Source: Eledone cirrhosa (taxonomy: Eukaryota). Taken from it: a DNA stretch of 64,000 bases. The DNA lies in contig OZ024743.1 in the NCBI GenBank assembly GCA_964016885.1, forward strand, positions 125,736,001 through 125,800,000, written 5' to 3'. Position numbers and translations under genes: made by a program. The notes under the pieces are model-generated. The model ran no database searches. It saw nothing but the letters and a program-made list of their open reading frames with translations, and was not told the DNA's origin. Below are positions 26,541-36,294 of this stretch, piece after piece; the stretch's first letter is position 1, and each line of letters begins with the position of its first letter.

Positions 26541-29500
26541 CTACTAGAAGCCTGAACACTCACTAACAAGAAAATAAAACTCAAGCAGTACCAAAGGATT
26601 ACTTGGACATACAGTTTCTACATGTTTCTGAATGGACTAAAAATATCAACCAAAAGAAATGTTTAACCATTTAAGCTCTGAATTCATGAAATGATTAGAG
26701 TTGCTATTTCCTTGAATACATATTTACAAAACTTAACATCAAAGATGTCATAGTTGTATGAGCTATAAAAGTGAAATTTGCATTAATGTGACATTTTGGA
26801 GCATAAATTTCCCACTGGATTTTTAAGTGTCATGGGATATATGTGTGCCCTCAGTTTCAGATGGGTCAAGTTGTCAGACTGTTACTGAAATTGTTAAATT
26901 TACATCAGTTTAGAGAGATGCTGAGTGGTAATGGCTCACATAAAAGTAGGTTTAAATTGTCTAAGTTAATGAGCAGTTTGATGAATTGCTCTTTGTAGTG
27001 AGGCTTTCTTCTTTCCAGAATGTAGTGATGGAGGTATTAGCCTCACGATCCTAAGACTGTGGGTTTGATCCCATAGTGCTGGGTTTTGTCCCTGAACCAG
27101 ATAGTTCATCTCATATTGCTCCAGTTTATTCAGCTGAAAATGAGTACTGGTAACAACAGCTGGGTAGTCAACCATGTAACAGGTTAACATCCAATCCAAA
27201 AGAGAGACTTATTTTCAGTTGTTTAGCACCACATGGAACCAGATAACCACCATCATGATGAGCATCTAGGTTTGAGGAAGACATTAAATAACTATAGTGA
27301 ATTAAATATTAAAAGTCTGGATCTTGTTTGGCATTATAAGTTAGTGAGTCATCACTTCTTTTCTAAATATCCATTTAAGTACTTCATTCAATGAAGTCAA
27401 GATGGCTCAGCTTAATACACCATTGTATTATTTGGGTAAAACAATTAATGATGCAAAGTGGTAGTGCCAGTGCCGCAATAAAATGCAACCAGTACACATT
27501 TTAAAGTGGTTAGCACTAGTAAGGGCATCCAGCCATAGAAACCATGCCTAACAGGAATATTTGAGAAGAACATGGTCATCCAACCTACCTAATCTCAAAA
27601 CGTGACAACTTTTCTGACTCATACCAGCATGGAAAATGAGTATAAAACAGATGGGGGTGAAAGTATACAATTCTGTATCAAAATTGCAAAGATTCTTCCT
27701 TTTAATTTTAAATATCATTGACTGGATCAACAATTAAACACAAGAATGTTCTGGTTACGAAATAATATGGCAAATTATGAAAACTAAGATATGTTAACAA
27801 TAAGACAAGAGTGAGGGAAATTGCAGATACTACAAACGCAAATCAACATGCAATAGAATCACAAAAACACAGATGATCAAATGTTTGATAAAATATGTTA
27901 CAAAGAAATCTCCCATAGTGTGTGTGTGCAAGTGTGCGTGCATTTGTGTGTTTGTGTAGTGCTCCAGTATTAAATATATTGTTCCAACAAAATATCTAAT
28001 ACAGTGAAATTCATGGGGTTTAAAAAAAATTTGTTGTAACGAAAAATTCTTTACAACGAGATCGACTGAAATAAATCGGCCGTTTGTTTGATATTACCTC
28101 AGGGATTGAAAAAAATGTTGTTATAATGGTAATCTTTATAACGGAATTTTACTTGTATAGTCTGAAAAGTATGGATGAAAAAGAAACCCATTGAAAATTA
28201 AAATATAGAAAAAACCTTTTGAAAACACTTTCTAAAAATGAAAAACAAACTAACAAAATGAGTTAGAATCAAATGTATAACACCTAACTGACTGCAATAA
28301 TTTACAGCAAATGAACATAAAATCTTATTTATCAATAAAACATTAGATATGATATTGAAAGGACTCTTGTGTCAACTTTCCTAGTGCTGGTGCCATCATA
28401 AAATGCAACCAGTACTCTGTAAAGTAGTTGGTGGTAGCTGTAGAAGCCATGCCAAAACCAGAATGTATGTAAGCGTGATGTGACCCCCAACCCATCTGGG
28501 AGGACAGTAGCACCAATTAAGTACTGACATGGTCTGTGACATCCCATCCAAGCCATACCAATATGGAAAAACATGCGTTAAATGATGATAATAATGATAC
28601 TATCTGGTTCGGGAAAGAAAGGCATTAGTCGGGTGTGAAAAAAATGAGGTAAATTTGACAAAAAAATCATAGCCAAGATATTCAATTTAGTTTATACAGT
28701 GCATGGAAGAGGAAAATTGTTAGCTATTTTAGGAAACTAAGCTAAGCTTGTAGGGAAATAAGTGCAAATGGAATTGGACTGACTAAAAATGCAACAGCAA
28801 GCCAAGCAGATACTTTAGCATCCATGCTCAAAACAGCCAAGTAGGACAGACATTGTACAACATTACTGACTTAATAGTGAAACTTTATCAAAGTAAAAAT
28901 GAATTTCTTTAGATTAGGCAGAAGACCAATCTTGTTTTGTAAGGGAGGAATATAGGCATTTGAATTGACCTCAGAATGTTACTCAAACTTATTTTAAAGG
29001 AATGAAACAAAGTTTACCCAGGGCAAAATTTGAACTCAGAACAGTGAGATACCAAACTAGCTACAGTAAAACATCCAGGTTGGAGTCTACTGTCTCAGCC
29101 TTTCTCTTACCACTTTTTTTTACAGGAAAACAATCTTTATATCTGACAACAGATAAAAAATCTTAATTCAATAAAAATTGATTAAAATACAATAAATATA
29201 CATCTATCAGTAGAATATTATCATTTTAGAAAATATATTCCAATGTTTTGATATATCCTGAGTTCATTTGAGAAGCTAAAAATCCAACTGAAATATGTTA
29301 CATTTCTCTGTCCCACTATCCCATCCTCAGCCTATAATACCAAATGCTCAGGCTTTAAAGCTAGGGGAAGACCATGTCAGTGGAAGATCAACAGGGTTGC
29401 AGATACACTCTAGACCCACAGTATAACACTACAACAGGCCTCATGCCTGGCTGCAAATCACCAACTTCATCAGGAAGGACATCCAGTTGTAAAATCATGT

Positions 29501-30329
29501 AATACAAAGGGTTGAGAGGACTCATCAGTTGTGTTAAGGACACAACCTCTCGAGTGTTGATAACATGGTAAAATGCAGCCAGTACACTTTGTAAAGTACA
29601 GGAATGTTTCTAAGTGGGATGTACAGTCCCTCATTCGTTTGGGAAGTCAGTGGCTCTGGGTAAGTATTGACATGGTCTGTGATGACTCATCCAACCCTTG
29701 CTAACAAGGAAAACGCATCAAATCATGATGATTCAGTATCACCAAGTTCCAGGTTTCATTCAACCCATGCAAGCATGGGAAAATGGACATCAAATGATAA
29801 CTAACTCACTCCCTAGTTTCAATCATTGAAACTGTGACCATGCTAAAATACTACTTTCTATGACATAGTTTATTACATTAACCCTCCCCCCATACTTATT
29901 TTACTGACTCTGGAAGAATTAAAGACAAAGTGGACTTGACAGAGATTTGAACTTCTCAAGTGAAAGAAGAGTTTTAGTAACATGTTTTACAATGTTTTCC
30001 CCCCTTTATACAGTTAAATAATTATGTCATAACTATTTCAAGATTTTAAAATAACAAAAAATTTAATTTAAACTGAAAATGCAATATTCCACTAATAAGT
30101 CAATTTTTTTTCCTTTAAGCAAGCAGTAGTAAGCTGTACAAATGACTGAGCCTAATCTTGCCAATACTGTGAGAAAACAGCCAAGAGAAGTTAAAATTTC
30201 TTCTGAGATAAGAATGAATATCCTTTAAATAACTAAAATAGATGATAATGATCAACAACGAAAAATCCAACTGGGCTATTTTAAGCATTCTAGACTTTTT
30301 AAAACAAGGACTTGAAAACAGTAATCTAC

Positions 30330-30839
30330 CCAATATATCATTTGGTGCTGGATAGCTGGGAGGCTCTTTAGCTTCCATACTGGCCATTTCCCTATTACTT
30401 TCCTCCTCCTCCACTTCCACCTCCTCTTGCATATCAGTAGGAATGAGATCAATACTAGTTGTAGCATCACCTTCCATATCATTTACACTGCTATCACTGA
30501 CAGAAATTGACTCAAGCTCTGAGACCATTTCTTCATCTCCAAGAACCTCACTAGATTCAGCTTCAGCACACAAATCTAACATTTCCTTTTGTTCAGAAAT
30601 TTCATTAATATTTTCAGCAAGCGTAACTGGCTGAATATCTACAGATTCTTTTGGACTGATATTCTCAAGAGTATCGGTAGCTGTCAGGTCTTCAGTACCT
30701 AGGACTTGTTTCTCTTCAATTCCCAGAAAATCCTTAAATGATTTATTTCCAATCCCTAGGTAGTCTCTGATTTTTTGTTCACCACTTCCAAGGTAATCTT
30801 TGACACTGCCAATATCAATGGTAAATGACTCAGGCATGT
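30330..30839 (-). CDS. OPA1: OPA1 large acidic exon, 510 nt, symmetric phase 1-1 (probable cassette)
   Basis: ctttttcag|AC ATG CCT GAG ... ATA TTG G|gtagat. 170 codons open in AT-rich DNA, D/E/S-rich, in frame with flanking exons (ORF track 30115-30837). Confidence 0.75.
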
Positions 30840-31861
30840 CTGAAAAAGAACAATTTTGATTTAATAAATAAACAACAAGAAATAAGAAAAATAATAACTG
30901 TGGAATCTATATTGAATATGCTTGCTTTTAAGAAATAACAAGTACTAATTCTTTTGATGCCAAACTGCCTGAAACAGTTCTTGGTTCTATGATACAAAGC
31001 TGTTTGTTTTAACTCTTGCTACATGAAACAGCATTAGTGCAAGATATTCTTAAAAGGTACAAAACAGCATTATGAATGCATCACATTAAAGTCTTTACTA
31101 TAATGCTACAAATATTCACAACACACTGTCTCCTAATAAAGGTACTATAAACATTTGGATTAAATAATCAGTTTGTAGATTTTTTTAACTAAATCATTAC
31201 AGCATGTTAAGAGTTAAAGTGTTTATATTTATGTAAAATACTTTTATATTAATTCATGTAAGAACCTTTGTTAAGTTATGTGGCAAGAACCAGCTTAATG
31301 ATGCGGCAGTTATATTACTAAATCCTTCCAATTAATACATAATTACTTCAACAAAATGAGAACAATTCTATTATTATCTATATAAATGATCATCTATTCT
31401 TCTATTTACTCAGAAGATACAATAGTTGTGAAATTAAATCAAAGTTAAAAGGTTTAAGTTTAATTTATATTTTCTTTTGTGAAAGTGTGTGGCCAAGTGA
31501 TTATGATGTTGGCCTCACAATCATGAAGTTATAAAATTGATCCCCAGACTAGGCAGCACATTGAGTTCTTGAGCAAGGCACTTCATTTGCCATTTCTTCA
31601 GTCCATTCAACTAGAACTAGGTACCAGGAGTAGCTGGGAGTTAAACTTACAACAGACAGGCATCCTATTAAGGAAGTAGAGTTGAAATTCTGAATCGCTT
31701 AACACCACATGAAACCAAAATAAGTTCTGGCTTGATTGGCCTTAAGGCTTGAGAAAAACACACATTTTTGTTTTTATTTATCATACTAACTCAACTCTAA
31801 ACTGGTACTCTCCCAGTTTAAGGTTAACAGATGGTACTAAGTTGATTTTAAAAAACTCTAC

Positions 31862-31946
31862 CTGGAGTTGAACGGTCAAAAGACGTTTGGTCCATTTCCT
31901 CAAACATAATTTCAGCAGATGGTAAATTTGTAAGATTGTTTACACC
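31862..31946 (-). CDS. OPA1: OPA1 linker exon (GVNNLTNLPSAEIMFEEMDQTSFDRSTP)
   Basis: ccttacag|GGT...CCA G|gtagag; 85 nt, phase 0 to 1, open frame. Supplies the phase change needed between exon 3 and the downstream exons. Confidence 0.7.
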
Positions 31947-32009
31947 CTGTAAGGATAGCAATGAAATTAATTTAATCAAAATAAAGATGAAAGAAATGAT
32001 ATGGTAAAT

Positions 32010-33080
32010 AACATTCCACTGATTGTAAGAAAGGAGTAGGTAGAAATTCCATTTTATGTCCGAAATGCAAACTATGGGTACATAAAAGATGTGGGATTAC
32101 AGGTAAGCTAACTAAGAATATAGATTTTATATGTGGCCGATGCTCAGGTGCAGTAAGTAGCAAGGACCCACTGGATGCTATCTCCTTCAACTGCCCAGAT
32201 GGTTCTATAGAAATAGTAAACACTTTCCGTTACCTGGGTGACAAAATCAGCAGTGGAGGAGGGTGCTCTGAAAGTGTAGTAGCCAGAGTTAGAACAGGAT
32301 GGAAAAAGTTCAGAGAGCTAATACCGCTGTTAGCCACAAGGGGCTTTTCTCTAAAAGTGAAAGGTAGATTGTATGATGTTTGTATACAAATGGCGATATT
32401 ACATGGTAGTGAGACCGGGGCATTGTGTGCTGAAGAGTGGCATAGATTAGAAAGAAATGAAGCTTGCAAGCTCCGATGGATGTGTAATAGTAATGTGCGC
32501 GAACGACGAAGCATAAACGAATTAAGAGAGAAACTATGCATAAGAGATATCAAATGTTGTGTTCTGGATTGCATTGGTATGGACATGTGATGTGTATGAA
32601 GGACAACAGTTGTATAAAAAAGTGCAGGGCGATGAAAATTGATGGAAGCTATGGATGAGGTGATAAAAACTGACCTTGCCCACTTACACCTCTCTAAGAC
32701 AATGACACTGAATCAAGACTTTTGGCACCATGCAGTTGTACAGAAGACCCGCCTTCCCTTGCATACAAACCTAGAGTCAGTAGGAACCTCTTAACCCAAT
32801 ATACACCTCACCACATCCTCCCATTTCCTTTCCGTCCACAGTGTCAAAGACACAACAATCCACACTGTAAGGTGGTCGTGTAGGAGACACGGTAAAAAGG
32901 CTCCCAGTCCACACTGTAAATGTGGTTGGTGTTAGGAAGGGCATCCAGCTGTAAAATACCTGCCTGAGACGCTTCCATACGAGCAAGACACGACTCCCAA
33001 CCATTCCCACATCAAATGGAACAAAACCGTCTAACCCATGTTAACGTGGAAGATGGACATTAAACGATGATGATGATGAT
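32010..33080 (+). mobile_element. RTE-clade LINE 3' fragment (same family as 10870) with (GAT)n tail
   Basis: FRYLG, GWKKFREL.PLL, LHGSET, LRWMC motifs; similar to 11150-12270. Confidence 0.85.
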
Positions 33081-34507
33081 TGCATTTAAATAGAAGCACT
33101 GAATGTATACTCATAAGTTACAGCCTTTAAAGAAAAACAAAAACAAACAAACAAAAAAGACATGAAAAACAGCATTTGACCTATTTACTTTACCATGAAT
33201 TTGCAGCATGCACACATATACAATCACACACATCAGTAAATGATTGAATATGTATGTATTCAGTTTTTATGAATATTGTAAAAAAGATATGTTGATGTAG
33301 CCACAGAAACCATGTCAAAAGAAGGTTTAGAGAGCCCTTCAGTCACTGCACAACAACCTCTCTGCTGCTGCCATGAAAACATGTACCTGATACACTCTGT
33401 AAAATGGTTGGTGATGGGAAGGACATCTAGCTGTAGGAACCATACTAAAAAAGGGTTGAGAGAATTCTTCAGTTGAGAAAATGGCACAATCTCTCTAGTG
33501 CTGATGCCATAATAAAATACACATACCCCATACACTCTGAGGGTGTTTGTTGATAGGAACGGCATCCAACTGTAGAAAACTTGATAAATAAAGGGTCAAG
33601 AGGACTCTTCATTGTGTGATAGACATGAAAATTTCCTTAGTGATGGTACCATGATAAAATGAACTTAATACACTCTGTAAAGCATGGAAATGTATGTAAG
33701 CAAGATGCAGCCGCCGACCCATCTGAGAGGTCAGTGGCACCGATTAATATTGACTTGGTTTGTGATAATCTGTCCATCCCTTGGTCATTAAATGTTGATG
33801 ATAATATTGATGATGTTGCAAACACAAACAACTGTTTAGGCAGAATTCAATACTCCTACAAAACAAATGTGCCTAGGACGATACGTGGTCTCATGAATTT
33901 AAATATGCAAAACATATAAATGCAAACCTTTATCAGCTGGCTGCAATCCCATTAGAGGTTACATATATTGTCAGTCAATCAGAAGTGGCAAGTTAAAAAC
34001 ACTGGTTTTTAAATAGGTTTATTATTAATATTACTATTATTTAACCTTTTTGATACAAACACCAGCCCACCTAGTATTATGATTAAAAACTGCTCATTTT
34101 AAAACCTTCCATCATAATTTTATTTTAGAAATTCTTGTTAAATCATGTTTCAAACATCATCTAACCAAAGAAAAAGTTGGGTAATTTACTAGATTCCTCA
34201 AAATATTTGATTATTTTAAAAATTAATTGAAATGCATAAGCAGTATCTTTCATTAGAAATATGGTAACAAAAGGGTTGAATATAATCACAAGTGAAATTA
34301 CAAACAGTATTTATGGATAGCAACATGTGACTTATGTCCAGGTCAATGACTGAAGCTAGACTATAAACACTAAGGGGCTGTAACTTACCTACTGCTGTCA
34401 ATTATATATAAATACTAGCAGAGGTACCCGGCGTTGCCCAGTATAACTCTCAATGGAGTAGTCGTTCAAATGAACCGAAAGACTTCCATTAAACACGACT
34501 ATAGAAG

Positions 34508-34903
34508 TAACAATTTATAGGTGTTGGCCCTAAAGAGGGCCATTGAACGTTCACTTTGAAATATCTCTGCGGCGGTGCTGCCAGCAAAGACGAATCTGAT
34601 GGTAACAATTTAAAGTTGGTGGCCCTAAAGAGAGCCTTGGATCGTTCAATCTTAAAAGTCTCAGCGGCGGTGCTGCCAGCAAAGACGAATCCAGCGATAA
34701 CAATTTATAGTTGGTGGCCCTGAAAAGGACCTTTTAACGTTCACTTTGAAATATCTCAGCAGCGGTGCTGCCAGCAAAGATGAATCCGATGGTAACAATT
34801 TAAACTTGGTGGCCCTGAAGAGGGCCTTGGATCGTTCACTCTTAAAAGTCCCAGTGGCAGAGCTGTCAGCAAAGACGACTCCGATTAGAGGTGGTGGCCC
34901 TTA
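34508..34903. repeat. 95-bp tandem repeat, about 4 units, in Helitron 3' region
   Basis: Units start TAACAATTTA at 34508, 34603, 34698 and 34793; A-B-A-B alternation. Confidence 0.9.
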
Positions 34904-35352
34904 AGAAGTCCTTCACACCACTTTGGTGTGTCGTATTTGCTTTGCTTGTTATTTGAGATTGTAACCTAGAAAAGCATGTAACAGTCGGTGGCCACAAAAA
35001 CGGCCTTGGCAAGATCACGCTGGCATGTCAAAAAAATGTGTAAATAAGATGGAGGGAAAAGTAGATTAATTAGGTTAAAACTACGGAATATTGATAGCAA
35101 ATCGTAATAGCAACATATAAATGCGTAAAACGGAGACATTGAACATTTATAACGTATAGCAAAAGCAACCTCAGAGGCGTACGTGGTATTGTCAAAAGGA
35201 CAAAAATAGAACACGGATACAGCAAATGTAAGCACAAAAAAAAAACAGTGATTACTTGTTGGCGGATGGGGTGCCTACAAAACTTCCTTATAGACTATAT
35301 TTTGGGTTTTCTCAAGAGTTGCAAAAGCAAATAGGTTATGTCGACTCCCCAC

Positions 35353-36294
35353 TCAAGAGCAGCCAACATATAGTTGACCATTGGAGAAGCATGGTTCTTC
35401 TAAAATAAGCCCTACGACCATCAGCGTCTGACCCTGTGATTTGTTAATCGACATGGTGAAACTGAGAGGAAATTGCAGCCTTCTGAATGTGAAAGGAATG
35501 TCTTTACCAGATGGAATGAGAGGTATCTTTGGTATGAAGACAGTATCCCCCTTACCACATCCTGTAAGTATTGTTGCCTCAATAACATGAGGCACTGCCT
35601 TTTGGACAACCAGACGTGTGCTGTTGGAAAGCCTTTGGGGTTCCAAATTCCTGAGGAGCATGACAGGGGCCCCTTTCTTAAGTCGCAGTAAGTGTGGTGG
35701 CAATCCGGGAGAGTCTAGGGAGTTAAGAAATTCTGTGGGGTAATTAACAACTTCGTCCGGATCAGCCATAGAGTCAAGGGACTTGTAGACGTGCAGATTT
35801 CCAGGCAAGCACAGCGTAGTCGGAGGAGGGGTCGTAGTTAAAGGCCTTCAACAACCATCGTGAATTGCAAGTCCTAGAAATGCCACGTAACGATGATCGC
35901 TGCTGTTCACTTTGCAGAAGTCGGCCACGTCGTTGCTCTATGGTTTCAGTATATCGTGCAGCAGCAGTGGCAGCGGCGTACCTGCTTCGTCGAACGGCTT
36001 ATCGTCCTTCATCCTCTCGAGCGCGAGCAGCGGCTGTTGCAGTGGCGTCCCTGCTTCGTCGAACAGCACGTCGTCCTTCATCCTCTCGAGCGCGAGCAGC
36101 AGCAGTCGCGGCAGCATCTTTGTTCCGTCGAAGTTCACGCCGACTGTCATCCTCCTCCGCTCCTGCAGCTGCCGTCTGCACAGCATTCTGTGAGAGCCTG
36201 ATCGCAGTTGCATTTACTCCTTCGGTGAGACGCCTTCGCTTAGACCTACTTGCATCATTAGATAATTGACCAATGAGAGTTCTTTTCTTGGCAT
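35353..36294 (-). pseudogene. Helitron RepHel remnant: N-terminal 23-aa repeat region fused out of frame to the PIF1-type helicase C-terminus
   Basis: ATG 36294 MPRKRTLIGQLSN...(AAARAREDEGRRAVRRSRD)n...AFNYDPSSDY, with one in-frame TAA. Then YPTEFLNSL...LLRNL...RLQFPL...INKSQGQT...GQLYVGCS (PIF1 C-terminal motifs). Rep and most helicase motifs are missing. Confidence 0.9.

Noticed and set aside
27700-27830. Acceptor-like gatttgcgtttgtag followed by about 40 open hydrophobic codons (possible truncating terminal exon)
   Set aside because: T-rich composition explains the hydrophobic reading; no phase-compatible donor or other support.
33931-33943. Possible 13-nt exon CCAGCTGATAAAG (phase 0 to 1)
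   Set aside because: Weak polypyrimidine tract and donor; the 85-nt exon already supplies the phase change.
34383-34402. Strong minus-strand donor TAG|gtaagt next to the Helitron 3' end
   Set aside because: Possible microexons CAGTAG or TAG put a stop in frame, and the acceptor lacks a pyrimidine tract.
34508-34903. CRISPR-like regularly spaced repeats
   Set aside because: Whole units are homologous with no unique spacers, the context is eukaryotic, and there are no cas genes.
35865-36269. Several overlapping plus-strand ORFs (134, 102 and 93 aa)
   Set aside because: Antisense shadows of the GC-rich Helitron 69-bp repeats.
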